Below, in pieces: positions 19,789 through 29,843 of a stretch of 64,000 nt of DNA. Every line of letters starts with the position of its first letter. The stretch's first letter is position 1. The translations under genes and the position numbers were made by a program. This stretch comes from Pseudomonadota bacterium (GTDB lineage: Bacteria; Pseudomonadota; Gammaproteobacteria; Burkholderiales; Burkholderiaceae_C). The stretch spans positions 5,743 through 69,742 of the forward strand of contig JARXKP010000001.1 of assembly GCA_030271615.1 (NCBI GenBank), written 5' to 3'. Under the pieces are notes generated by a model. That model was not told the DNA's origin, made no database searches, and saw nothing but the letters and a program-made list of their open reading frames with translations.

Positions 19789-22176
19789 ATGAACCGCAAT
19801 ACAGATACTCAAAAACGGCGAGCGCGCATCCTGATGTACACGGCCTACTTCGAGCCGGAGTACAGCGGGGCCGCGCTGCAGGGGCTGACGCTGGCCAAAG
19901 AGTTGCGCCGGCGTGGACATCACATCGAATTCGTCACCAACCGATGGTCCGGATTGGGTGACAAGGCTGAGGTGGACGGCTTTGCGGTACAGAGGCTGGA
20001 ACCCGGCCGCATGCGCAAGCACCGTGAGTTTCGGCTCTGGTTCAACTTGGCCCGATATGTTTGGGCACGCCGCAGAGACTTTGACATCTTGCACAGCCAT
20101 GGCGCCTATTTCACCAATGCCTTCATAGGCCCGCTCGCGCGCATGCTGGGCCTGAAATCACTGATCAAGGCCAGTTTGGCCGATGACGACTTGCAGGGGT
20201 TGTACCGCCCCATCGTTGGCAGGCTTCATCGACTCATGCTTCGCGGAATAGATGCCTACGTGGCCATCAGCCAGGATCTGGTGGACGAGTTCCGCGCAGG
20301 CGGATTGCAGGCAAACAAGATTCATCACCTTCCCAACGGAGTTGACACCGATCGCTTCCACGCAGCAACGCCACAGGAGGTCGCATCAATTCGAGCCGAA
20401 CTGATGCTGCCAAGCGACCAACCGATCGCGTTGTACGTGGGCGTGCTGGATCAGCGCAAGAACATCCTGTGGTTGGCTGACCAATGGATACGCAATGACG
20501 CCTTCGGCACCGGCGCACTGCTGCTGGCTGTCGGTCCGCAAGGACGCGACGACGCGGAAGGCCATTTGCGAGCTCGGCTCGCTGAACTGGCCAGCGCCCA
20601 CCCGAAGCGCTTCGCACTCCACGATTTCCACGCCGACGTCACGCCGTACTACCAATGCGTTGACCTTCTGCTGCTGCCGTCAGCCAAGGAGGGCCTGCCG
20701 AACGTGGTGCTGGAAGCGATGGCCTGCGGTCTGCCCTGTATCGCAGCGAAGGCCAGTGGCAGCCGCGAATTGATCGTTGAAGGCGAGACGGGCTACACCT
20801 ACGCTCCAGCGGACATTGCTGAACTGGCCATGGCGGTGAAGCGCTGCCTGTCAAGCCTTGGCGCCGGCATGGGTGCAAAAGCCCGGCGCCTTGCCGAAGA
20901 TCGCTACTCCATCGTCAGCATCGCCAACCAGTACGAGGCCATCTATGCCCGACTTCTGGGTATCGAAAAACGAATCCTGTATGTAGAAAATGGAATCGGT
21001 TATGGTGGTGCAATAATATGCTTGCGCCACTTGGTTCGAAATATAGATAGATCCATGTTCGAACCGATGGTTATTACCGGATTGGGCGATAATAAATACC
21101 AGGAAATCGCAAATGAGGCCCGCTGGAAACATATTCCAGACAAGAGAATAGACATTATTTCCATGAAACGACGGCTCAGTACATTGACCTGGCCTGATAA
21201 ATTTCCAGGGTTGCGCTGGGCCATCAATCAAGTCTTGTCAAGGCTCGATGATCTTGTCAATTTCTTGCCGTCACTTATTCAAACCCTTTGGACAGTCTTA
21301 CGATTTAAGCCTGATCTCATACACGTCAACAACGAGCCTTTATGCAACAGAGCGGCCGTACTGGCAGGAAAACTGCTCAATATCCCCGTGGTTTCCCATG
21401 TGCGTGGCGACCAGCAGGGCTCGTTGATGATGCGTTCTTTTTTCAAATTACCAGATTATTTCATTGCAGTTTCCCAATGGGTTTCTGAGAGCATTGGTCG
21501 CATCGGGGTTTCGGAGCAAAAACGCACCTTCATTTATGATGGCATCGAACTTGAAAAACTGAATCTGCATGCTGATGGCGAAGCATTCCGTCATTTCCAT
21601 GGAATACTACAAAATAGTTTTGTCATCGGCTTGGTCGGTTTGCTCATCCCCTGGAAAGGGCAAAAGCTTTTCCTGGAAGCCATCAGACCATTGGCGCACC
21701 AAATTCCAGATGCCATTTTTGCCATTGTCGGCGGAACACCTGATGAATTCAGATACTTTGAGTCTGAGCTGCGAGAACTGGCCGATGAACCAATCTTGAG
21801 AGGACGCGTTGTCTTTACCGGGCATGTCAGTGATATGGCAAGCGTATATAACGGGTTGAATGTAATAGTTTCAGCCTCGATATCTCCGGAGCCACTGGGT
21901 ACGATGATCATCGAAGCAATGACCATGGCCAGACCGATCATCGCTCCTGATCATGGTGGGGCAGTCGAAATGATTGAAAATGGAAAAACTGGACTTCTCT
22001 TCAGGCCAGGAGATGCTCATGACTTGGCATCGAAAATTAGCCTATTACGGAATGACATCGAGCTTTGCAAAGCAATTGGCCAGTCGGCCCGACTTCACGC
22101 ACTGAAAGTATTTTCAATCAGCGAACATGTGCGCCAAGTACAGAAGGTATATAAAAAAATACTGGGAAATAATTAG
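19789..22176 (+). CDS. Tandem GT4-GT4 (GT-B) glycosyltransferase fusion
   Basis: Two complete GT4 units: EGLPNVVLEAMACG and EPLGTMIIEAMTMA. The second unit starts at KRILYVENGIGYGG. Alternative start at 19762. Confidence 0.88.
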   Translation: MNRNTDTQKRRARILMYTAYFEPEYSGAALQGLTLAKELRRRGHHIEFVTNRWSGLGDKAEVDGFAVQRLEPGRMRKHREFRLWFNLARYVWARRRDFDILHSHGAYFTNAFIGPLARMLGLKSLIKASLADDDLQGLYRPIVGRLHRLMLRGIDAYVAISQDLVDEFRAGGLQANKIHHLPNGVDTDRFHAATPQEVASIRAELMLPSDQPIALYVGVLDQRKNILWLADQWIRNDAFGTGALLLAVGPQGRDDAEGHLRARLAELASAHPKRFALHDFHADVTPYYQCVDLLLLPSAKEGLPNVVLEAMACGLPCIAAKASGSRELIVEGETGYTYAPADIAELAMAVKRCLSSLGAGMGAKARRLAEDRYSIVSIANQYEAIYARLLGIEKRILYVENGIGYGGAIICLRHLVRNIDRSMFEPMVITGLGDNKYQEIANEARWKHIPDKRIDIISMKRRLSTLTWPDKFPGLRWAINQVLSRLDDLVNFLPSLIQTLWTVLRFKPDLIHVNNEPLCNRAAVLAGKLLNIPVVSHVRGDQQGSLMMRSFFKLPDYFIAVSQWVSESIGRIGVSEQKRTFIYDGIELEKLNLHADGEAFRHFHGILQNSFVIGLVGLLIPWKGQKLFLEAIRPLAHQIPDAIFAIVGGTPDEFRYFESELRELADEPILRGRVVFTGHVSDMASVYNGLNVIVSASISPEPLGTMIIEAMTMARPIIAPDHGGAVEMIENGKTGLLFRPGDAHDLASKISLLRNDIELCKAIGQSARLHALKVFSISEHVRQVQKVYKKILGNN

Positions 22177-22195
22177 ATTTATATAAAATAAAACC

Positions 22196-23173
22196 GTGAC
22201 TTATCCATCTGTATCTGTAGTCATACCAACATACAATCGAGCGACATTCCTCGGTGCAGCCGTGGCGAGTATTCGCGCCCAGACCTATGCATGCGCGGAG
22301 ATTGTGATAGTCGACGATGGCTCGACTGACAATACGGCCGAAGTCATCAAAGAGCTTGGTGCAGGAATCAATTACATCCGGCAGGTCAATGCCGGCCCTG
22401 CTGCGGCGCGTAATCTGGGCATAAGCAGGGCAAGCGGTGATTTGATCGCCTTTCTGGACACGGACGACCGGTGGCTGCCCGACAAAATCGCTCTTCAGGT
22501 CGAGGTACTTCGCCGCGAACCATCGGTTGCGCTGGTATCGGCGGACATGGCGATCGAAGATGAGCGCGGCGTTCTTTGTGTAGCTTCCAACTTCGCCAGG
22601 CGTGGCCTCCAGACGTTTTTTCACGACCTAGATGGCCGTTCTGTCCCGGGCGCGCCGAGCATGATGCTGAAGATCAACTTCATCAACACAAGCGCAGTGC
22701 TTGCTCGACGCGACGTGCTATTGGCGATGAAGGGCTTCGATACTCGCCTCCGCTTCGGAGAGGATCTCGAACTGTGGCTGCGTATCGCGGCAAGGCACGG
22801 GGTGGCGTGCATACCGAGCGTGCAGGAAATTCGCGTGGAGCACGCCCATAATGTCACCAAATCCATCGAGCCTATGTTGTTCGGTTATGTACGACTCGCT
22901 GAAGTAATCCGCGAATGGGCCAGCGAGCAGATGCTGAACTGGGGACTGAATGCCAATCGGTATGTCGCTGAAAGCTTGTCTGATCTAGGTTACTGGTATT
23001 TTTCACAGAACCAGATGAAAGAGGCTCGCCACATGTTCATTCGCAGCCTGAGAGAACACCCAACGCTACGCGCATTCCTATATTTCGCCGCGTCCACAAT
23101 GCCACCATTTCTAATCAGTATAATTCGAAATTCCAAGTCAATAAAAAATAAAACTCTCTATATTAATAAATGA
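22196..23173 (+). CDS. GT2 family glycosyltransferase
   Basis: VSVVIPTYN, VDDGSTD, AARNLG, FLDTDD, GEDLELWLR. Confidence 0.9.
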   Translation: MTYPSVSVVIPTYNRATFLGAAVASIRAQTYACAEIVIVDDGSTDNTAEVIKELGAGINYIRQVNAGPAAARNLGISRASGDLIAFLDTDDRWLPDKIALQVEVLRREPSVALVSADMAIEDERGVLCVASNFARRGLQTFFHDLDGRSVPGAPSMMLKINFINTSAVLARRDVLLAMKGFDTRLRFGEDLELWLRIAARHGVACIPSVQEIRVEHAHNVTKSIEPMLFGYVRLAEVIREWASEQMLNWGLNANRYVAESLSDLGYWYFSQNQMKEARHMFIRSLREHPTLRAFLYFAASTMPPFLISIIRNSKSIKNKTLYINK

Positions 23174-23211
23174 TCACCATCAATCCTCAACAAAAAGAAG
23201 GCGATGCCGGA

Positions 23212-23640
23212 TTATTTTAAAAATCCAGACAACATCTGCACTTGACTTTGAGCAGCTTTCACTTCGGGCATCAATGGACAAGTCGGAGACAAAAATTTCA
23301 CTGAGTATTCAATATCTCCCTTGGCTCTTGCCAAGTATTCACGACGCTGTTGCTTTGATCTGGAGGTATCAAGAGCTCGGTTAAGCAGCACCTTCCCGGG
23401 GCAAATATGATTTGCGTACACACCACAGACACCCATCGGTGAACGAATTCCACTTTGCCGAGAAAAATGACTGTCATATTGAGACCAGCAATATTTTGGC
23501 AGTTTGATTTTATCTGATATTGAAGGATCCCACCCTGGGTCCTTGTCATTACCGTCACGCTGCTGAGCGCACACCGAGCCGACAAGGCTTAGCGACATAG
23601 CCAACAAAGCAATGACACGCCTTAAATTTAATATATTCAT
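23212..23640 (-). CDS. Secreted hypothetical protein (4 Cys)
   Basis: Signal peptide (VIALLAMSLSLVGSVCA), motif LPKYC...CGVYANHIC and a helical C-terminus. ATGA overlap with the upstream gene. Confidence 0.65.
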   Translation of the reverse strand: MNILNLRRVIALLAMSLSLVGSVCAQQRDGNDKDPGWDPSISDKIKLPKYCWSQYDSHFSRQSGIRSPMGVCGVYANHICPGKVLLNRALDTSRSKQQRREYLARAKGDIEYSVKFLSPTCPLMPEVKAAQSQVQMLSGFLK

Positions 23641-24509
23641 AGCAAATCACCTACACCAAATCTGTATGCAATTTCAGAAATATTGAAATTCATATCCATC
23701 TCTTCGCTCTTACTTTTTCCGCGTCGGTAGTCTTTCACTGTAATTACCGAGAAATGTTCCTTGGCAATCCATCGGTCACTGAATTCCTTTACTTGGCCAC
23801 CACAGAAGCGTTTCCAATATCTAACCCCACAGCCATGATCATCGTAGTAACGTGCTCGACGTTGCTGTTCTGATGAATTTGTCGGTGAGTTGGGATGCTC
23901 CTGAAATCCGCGCCACCAACCACAGCCGTTTTGATACTGGTTGTAGCTCGCACCTCGGGTTGTGCACCCCAGAACTTCCCAATATCGATGATATTTGGGG
24001 CGAAGCAAATTCCGAAGTCCCCCATACGTCTTGACCGCAGACATTTCGCCGTCTCTGAGGCGATCAAACACAGCAGCAGCGGCCATCATCTTTGCGCGAG
24101 GCAAGATCACATCGGCATGCCAGAAGGCAAGCCGATCAGCCCACCGGAAAACGAACTCCAGCGGCACGTGCTGGTACAGCACGCTGAGCTTGAGTTGTGC
24201 GTTGAAATCGATGGCCACCGCCCCAGGCACAAGTTCGGCAGGCGGTGCACCGCAGTTTGGATCCCATCCAACGACCGGCGTCCACCCCACCTCGGAGATC
24301 AGTTTCTGCTGAAGCAGGCACCACTGGTCGTTCATGTTCCAGCACAGCCAAGGCCGCTCGATACCGCGAATCGCGTCAGCCCAATGCGCGGCGGCAGACC
24401 GAACCTCATCTTCCGAGCGATCCCAGAATCGCCAGTGACCGGTCCCGTTCTTACCCGTCGTCTTGCCGACCTCCCATGAAGTCGGAACCTCTCCGCTAGT
24501 CGCTATCAA
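23637..24509 (-). CDS. Hypothetical Trp-rich protein, possibly glycosyltransferase-like
   Basis: TTG start after GGAGG, 290-aa ORF inside the GT operon. FWHADV could be a DxD-like motif. Confidence 0.65.
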   Translation of the reverse strand: MIATSGEVPTSWEVGKTTGKNGTGHWRFWDRSEDEVRSAAAHWADAIRGIERPWLCWNMNDQWCLLQQKLISEVGWTPVVGWDPNCGAPPAELVPGAVAIDFNAQLKLSVLYQHVPLEFVFRWADRLAFWHADVILPRAKMMAAAAVFDRLRDGEMSAVKTYGGLRNLLRPKYHRYWEVLGCTTRGASYNQYQNGCGWWRGFQEHPNSPTNSSEQQRRARYYDDHGCGVRYWKRFCGGQVKEFSDRWIAKEHFSVITVKDYRRGKSKSEEMDMNFNISEIAYRFGVGDLL

Positions 24510-24544
24510 GAGGAATCCTCCATGTGCTGAAAAAAGAGTTCGCT

Positions 24545-25498
24545 TTATCGCGAGCCAACATCGTCATTTTCGGAGCCCCCTGCGGCGCTGCCGAAGCGCC
24601 GACTATTGAAATGCGCCATCTTTGCCAGAAGGCGAAGCGAAATCTCACGCGGTGCGAGCTCCGACGCAACCGAGTACGCACTGTATGCCCCGGCCCAGTC
24701 AGCCTGCTGTCGACAGAACCAGCCCAGAGTTCTTGCAGCGTCAAGCAACTCGTCTCGGAAAACTCGCCGCAATTGCTCATCAGGTCGACTTGCAACTTCG
24801 TCGCGCACGGACACGAGTGCCGCGAAGCGCCCATGCGCACGCCCAAACCCGTTGTTGGCCTCAATCGACACGCTGGCCGCATGTCGCCTATAACTGCCCA
24901 GAATCGCGCACAAGTACAGGATGGGGCCTTTGGCCGCCAGCTTGAGCCAAAGGCCATAGTCTTCTGCCTGCCTGATTCCGAGAGTGAAGCCTCCGGCGGA
25001 AACAAACGCCCCTCGTCGAACGATGGCCTGTGATGGAGAGAAGCAGTTGCTCGTTCTGCCCAGCACGAGACCCAGCAACACATCGCCCGACATCCAGCGG
25101 TTGTCCTCCGCATCCGACGCCAGGGTGATGGTCCCGTCGGCATCAATCAACCGGACCGAGTGGTACGCCGCCAAGCACCGCGGATGGGCCTGCATGAGGT
25201 CCACCATCGCCGCGAGTTTTCCGTTGTCCCACATATCATCGGCGTCCAGGAATGCAATCAGCTCGCCCTGAGCTGATGCCACGGCGAGATTTCGTGCTGC
25301 ACTGACGCCGCTGTTGCGCTGTGCGATGACACGAACCCGCGGCTCGTACATTGCCAGCAGTGCGCGGCTGCCGTCAGTGGATCCGTCGTCGACGACGATG
25401 ACCTCAAAGTGCTGATAGGTCTGCTTCAGCACGCTTTCGAGACACGCCGCAAGGTAGCGCTCACCGTTGTAGACCGGAATGACTACTGAGACGAGCAT
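24545..25498 (-). CDS. GT2 family glycosyltransferase
   Basis: VSVVIPVYNG, VDDGSTD, AARNLA, FLDADD, AEDYGLWL. Confidence 0.9.
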   Translation of the reverse strand: MLVSVVIPVYNGERYLAACLESVLKQTYQHFEVIVVDDGSTDGSRALLAMYEPRVRVIAQRNSGVSAARNLAVASAQGELIAFLDADDMWDNGKLAAMVDLMQAHPRCLAAYHSVRLIDADGTITLASDAEDNRWMSGDVLLGLVLGRTSNCFSPSQAIVRRGAFVSAGGFTLGIRQAEDYGLWLKLAAKGPILYLCAILGSYRRHAASVSIEANNGFGRAHGRFAALVSVRDEVASRPDEQLRRVFRDELLDAARTLGWFCRQQADWAGAYSAYSVASELAPREISLRLLAKMAHFNSRRFGSAAGGSENDDVGSR

Positions 25499-25586
25499 CG
25501 TGGCCCCTCGCGATCCGCAAGAACAATGCAACTGCTGCTGCGGGACCGGTCAAGAGTCCCGGACATGCCCGCGTAGATTCGTCGAC

Positions 25587-26432
25587 TCACGAATACCCCA
25601 GCCCCAAACGATGGCAGACGCGCCCGATCGTGTATCTCGCCATGGCACCGATAGAGCCGATGTTGCTGCCAAGAGCCATCTTTCGCCCGAGCACGCCAGC
25701 CGAATCAGTACCCGCCACGTCCAGTCGAAGAATACTGAACCGTTCCTGGCCCGGCCGATTGAACCCGGGCTTGGTGGAAAAGGCGGCCACATAGCCTGCC
25801 GCGTGCGCCGCCTTCTGTACCCGCGAGTCGTGTCGCCCAAATGGGTAGGCCAAATAAGGCGTCGGACGTTCCAGCAGATCTTCGATATCCCGGCGCGACC
25901 CTAGCAGTTCCTCCTCAAGCTGCGCATCCGAGAGCGTTGTCAAATCGAGGTGATGACGCGAATGGCTGTGGAAAGAGAAGCCCTCCCCGACCATCTCCGC
26001 GATCTGCATGCGATCGAGTAGCCGGTGCCGGCGCGACGACGGATTGTTCAGCTCGTCCCAGACATCCTCCTGGCCGATCAACTGCGTCACGAGAAACACA
26101 CTGGCCGTCCAGCCAAGCTTCAGAAGGACTGGCCGTGCATGCTCGTACACACCCTCAAAACCATCGTCAAATGTGAGCAGGAAACTTCCTGACGGTAACG
26201 CTGCGGTGCCGCCAACCCATTGCGCGAACTGCTCAATGCCGCAAGGCCGATAGCCCTTTGAGTGAAGCATGTGCATGTGCTGCGCAAAACGTTTGGGGGT
26301 GACGCAATAACGGCGTTCCCAGTCGTTCTCCGAGTCGCCGACGCGGTGATACATCAGCACGATCGCTCGTTCAGCGCTCGGCGAAGCTACTGGATCCTGA
26401 TCACTCATGAAATTGGAAGCGGGTCCTGACAT
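25587..26432 (-). CDS. Polysaccharide deacetylase (NodB/CE4, IcaB-like)
   Basis: LMYHRV, LTFDDG, HSHSRHH, LAYPFG. Confidence 0.9.
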   Translation of the reverse strand: MSGPASNFMSDQDPVASPSAERAIVLMYHRVGDSENDWERRYCVTPKRFAQHMHMLHSKGYRPCGIEQFAQWVGGTAALPSGSFLLTFDDGFEGVYEHARPVLLKLGWTASVFLVTQLIGQEDVWDELNNPSSRRHRLLDRMQIAEMVGEGFSFHSHSRHHLDLTTLSDAQLEEELLGSRRDIEDLLERPTPYLAYPFGRHDSRVQKAAHAAGYVAAFSTKPGFNRPGQERFSILRLDVAGTDSAGVLGRKMALGSNIGSIGAMARYTIGRVCHRLGLGYS

Positions 26433-26576
26433 GGAGGCGAGCTGGCGTGCCGATCAAGTGTAGTGGTCGCCCATGGCCGCCGACCCTGCAACGGCCATGC
26501 GCTATTGCACAAATGGCGCGTCCATTTCCCCTGCCGCACCGCTCACCTTTGATTGTGCGCAGAGCAGAATCTCCGG

Positions 26577-27554
26577 ATGAAGCTTCTCAAAGACTTGCGC
26601 TATCGCTTGGAGATCGATCCTGCCGCGCTGCACCGCGTAGATACAGGTCGGCGTGCCATCGAGCAGCGCCTCGTCAGTGAGACCGACCGCCTGATCGGCG
26701 AGCTCGCCTCGCTTCGCAAGCTACCCGTCAAAGACCGGCAACTCGTGATGGGACTGTCCGCGAACTATGGCATCGCCGAATTGACGCCATTCGTCCTCTC
26801 GTTGCGCAACAGCGGTTACAACGGCGACATCGCGCTGCTGACGTATGGGTGCAACGCCGAAACCGCTGCGTTCCTCAGAGCCAATGCTGTGCAAATGGTG
26901 CCGTTCACGGGACTGGCGGCCATGCCGATGTCCATGAATTCCGCGCGCATGTTCCGCTACCTCGACTGGATGATCGAACTGTTTCTCAATGCCGCAGGCG
27001 AAGTCGACTACGGCCAGATCCTCTTGACGGACATCCGTGACGTTGTATTTCAGGGTCATCCGTTTCGACAAGCACCCAACGGCCGGGTTCTGTTCTTTCT
27101 GGAATCCGATCGCAAGATCGGCGAATGCCCGATCAATGCCGACTGGATGGTCCGTGCGTACGGCCAATCAACGCTGCAGGAGCTGGCGCAGCACCCTGTC
27201 TCCTGCGCCGGAACCGTCATGGGCACGCCAGATGGCCTGCTGGAGTACCTGTCCCACATGGTGCGCCACATCGTCGCCGTGCCCCCAGAACATCGGTTCT
27301 CGGGGGTTGATCAGGCGATCCACAACTACATCCTCGCCAAGCAGCTTGTTGGCGGGACGGTGGTCGTCGCCAATGGTCTTGCCGTGATGACCGTGCCGAG
27401 TTCCGTTCCCACTGGGATACGCCTGCTGGACAACGGCCTGATCGGCAATCCCGACGGGAGCGTCAGTGAGGTGGTGCATCAGTACGATCGTGATCCGGCC
27501 GTCAATGCAGCAGTGATCGCGCGGTACCAGATCCAGGGTTCAGCGGCTGCCTGA
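26577..27554 (+). CDS. Putative GT-A-fold glycosyltransferase-like protein, antisense to the surrounding operon
   Basis: Motifs TDIRDVVFQGHPF, CAGTVMG, DQAIHNY, VHQYDR. Confidence 0.65.
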   Translation: MKLLKDLRYRLEIDPAALHRVDTGRRAIEQRLVSETDRLIGELASLRKLPVKDRQLVMGLSANYGIAELTPFVLSLRNSGYNGDIALLTYGCNAETAAFLRANAVQMVPFTGLAAMPMSMNSARMFRYLDWMIELFLNAAGEVDYGQILLTDIRDVVFQGHPFRQAPNGRVLFFLESDRKIGECPINADWMVRAYGQSTLQELAQHPVSCAGTVMGTPDGLLEYLSHMVRHIVAVPPEHRFSGVDQAIHNYILAKQLVGGTVVVANGLAVMTVPSSVPTGIRLLDNGLIGNPDGSVSEVVHQYDRDPAVNAAVIARYQIQGSAAA

Positions 27555-28499
27555 AGCCTTGGCGCCGTGGCCGTCCCGCGCTCCGACGATGGCGCGATAC
27601 AGCGGCCCAGGCAACACAGCAGGCAGCGCGTATTTCAGATCTTTCGGCTTGAGGTAGCCGGCGACCAGACAATCCCGAAACAGCGACTGCGCGCTGGCCA
27701 GGTCGCGTGACCAGAGTGCGTCGTAAGCGCACGACAGACCCTGTCGATACAGCGCTTCCCGTGTTTGCAGCTTGCCCAGACGACGCCGAATTTTCGGATG
27801 CTCGTCCAGAAAAGCCATCAGCGCTGCGCGCGTCTGGCGCACCACACGCACGACGTTCCCGGTGGCCTGCGTGCGTGTGCTGTCGTGGTGGTAGGACGCA
27901 AGCAACTCAGGCACCCTGATCAAGCGCCCGGTCGTGGCCATGCGCAGCCACATCAGGTAATCCTCGGCGACAGAGAAGCGCGGATCGAATCCACCCACAG
28001 AGCGCACCGCGTCACTGCGTGCCAGCGCAGCGTGAATCACCCAGGGGCATCGCTGCAACAGCAGCATGAACTTGTCCGGGAGTGCCTCGTAGTCGGGCGG
28101 CTCGTGCACCATCGGTTGGCGAGGGGGTTGGTGCAGATCTTCCCAGCCACAGTAAGCCACGACAGCATCGTCTTGCCGCGCCAGAGCACCGACCATGGAT
28201 TCCAGGAAGTTCGGCGCCCAGGTGTCATCCGAATCGAGAAAAGCGACGTAGGGGGTTTGGATCTCAACGAGCGCTCGGTTTCGCGCGGCACTGACCCCTG
28301 CATTCGACTGCCGGATCAGCTGGATGCGTGGATCAGCCATCTGCTGGATGACCGACGCGGTACCGTCCGTCGAGCCGTCGTCGACAGCAATCAAGGTCCA
28401 ATCCGGAAGACTCTGCGCCTGCACGCTGGCAATGCTTGCGGCAACGTGTCGGGCCGCGTTGAAGCAGGGCATCACGACCGATACGAGTGCAGCGTTCAT
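27540..28499 (-). CDS. GT2 family glycosyltransferase
   Basis: VSVVMPCFN, VDDGSTD, AARNRA, FLDSDD, AEDYLMWLR. Confidence 0.9.
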   Translation of the reverse strand: MNAALVSVVMPCFNAARHVAASIASVQAQSLPDWTLIAVDDGSTDGTASVIQQMADPRIQLIRQSNAGVSAARNRALVEIQTPYVAFLDSDDTWAPNFLESMVGALARQDDAVVAYCGWEDLHQPPRQPMVHEPPDYEALPDKFMLLLQRCPWVIHAALARSDAVRSVGGFDPRFSVAEDYLMWLRMATTGRLIRVPELLASYHHDSTRTQATGNVVRVVRQTRAALMAFLDEHPKIRRRLGKLQTREALYRQGLSCAYDALWSRDLASAQSLFRDCLVAGYLKPKDLKYALPAVLPGPLYRAIVGARDGHGAKASGSR

Positions 28500-28509
28500 C
28501 GGCACCCGG

Positions 28510-29826
28510 TCAAGTACGCAGCGCACCTAACCGCCCACCCAGACGTGCCAGCAACCCGCGACGACCCCGCCCTTCTGCCGCGAGCACCCGGGCTTCGGCC
28601 TCAGCAATCTGCTGCATCAAGGCGCCCACCAGCGGCACCAACGATCGCCGTTCGTCTGCGCGATGGGAATCGATGCATTTGCGGGCAATCTCGATGAATC
28701 GTTGTGCAAAGGCTTCGCGCGAGAAGCGACGCTGCACCGTCAGCAGGGCTTGCGCTCCGATCCGTCGAGCGAAGTCCGGCTCCGAGAGAACCCTGTTCAC
28801 AGCCTCCGCCGCTGCCAGCTCGCCTCCCAACGGCACCAGCAAACCGTCCGTTTCGTGCGTGATGCATTCGCGTAGTCCGACACAAGCCATCGCGACGACT
28901 GGCCGACGCAGCGCCATGGCTTCGATCGAGGACATGCCCTGCCCTTCGAAGGCGGCAGTCGAAAGCACAACGTCACTTGCGCGGACAAGTCGGGGAATGT
29001 CATTGCGCGCACCGAGAAGCCGGACGCGTGCACCCAACGCCTTTTCCTCAATTTCCCGTTCAAGTGCAGCAAGGGCACCGGGCTCTTCGGGCGGACCGGC
29101 GATCAGGAAATATGCGCGCGGGTTGGACTTCAGCACGTGGGAAGCGACTCGCGCAAAGCTCGCGAAATCCTTCTGCGCGGAAATGCGGCCGACGCCCAGA
29201 ACCAGCTGCGCGTCGGCAGGCAATTCGAGCTCGTCCCTGAGCGGACGTTCGGAACGACCTGCACGGAGGGTCAAGTCAGCGATGTCGACACCACTGAAAA
29301 GGACATCGATGTGCTCGCGCGGCAAGCAGGCAGCGAACGAATCCGCCATGTCGTTCGATACCGCGATGACCCGAGAGCCCAGCGTTTGCAGCAGGGCTGC
29401 ATACCCAGGCAGATCGAGATGCGGCGTGTAACGAGCGTGGTCGATCTCGATGGGCGAATGAAGATGCCAGATCAGCGGAACCGACTGCATGGCTGCGGCC
29501 ACGGCGGCGTCCAGCATGTGCCCGGTATTCGCGTGAACGACCTCAATCTGCAACTGATCGATCAATTGGGCGATGACCTTCGATCTGCGAGCAGCGGCGG
29601 CAAAGAACTTGAGCCGAGCACGAGGAACCAGCGGCTCGCAGCAAGACAACGGTGCGTACGTCACCGCAACGCCCAGCCGATCGAGTTCGTCCCCGACCAC
29701 GCCGCGATCGGGCAACAGCGCGTGCACCTGCACTCCAGCGGCAACAAGTCCTTCGGTCAGCGTCAACGTGACCCGGTCAACGCCATTGGCGAGGTTGCTT
29801 CCGTGAAAAATCTGCAGCAAGCGCAT
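28510..29826 (-). CDS. GT4 family glycosyltransferase
   Basis: VGRISAQKD, EGQGMSSIEAMA and a GT-B layout. Confidence 0.88.
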   Translation of the reverse strand: MRLLQIFHGSNLANGVDRVTLTLTEGLVAAGVQVHALLPDRGVVGDELDRLGVAVTYAPLSCCEPLVPRARLKFFAAAARRSKVIAQLIDQLQIEVVHANTGHMLDAAVAAAMQSVPLIWHLHSPIEIDHARYTPHLDLPGYAALLQTLGSRVIAVSNDMADSFAACLPREHIDVLFSGVDIADLTLRAGRSERPLRDELELPADAQLVLGVGRISAQKDFASFARVASHVLKSNPRAYFLIAGPPEEPGALAALEREIEEKALGARVRLLGARNDIPRLVRASDVVLSTAAFEGQGMSSIEAMALRRPVVAMACVGLRECITHETDGLLVPLGGELAAAEAVNRVLSEPDFARRIGAQALLTVQRRFSREAFAQRFIEIARKCIDSHRADERRSLVPLVGALMQQIAEAEARVLAAEGRGRRGLLARLGGRLGALRT

Positions 29827-29843
29827 GGGCGACGGGCCTCAGC

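Noticed and set aside
14361..23640. Secreted proteins (14361-14831, 14961-16037, 23212-23640) as exosortase substrates
   Set aside because: None ends in VPEP-TM-basic residues. I found no PEP-CTERM tail in the window.
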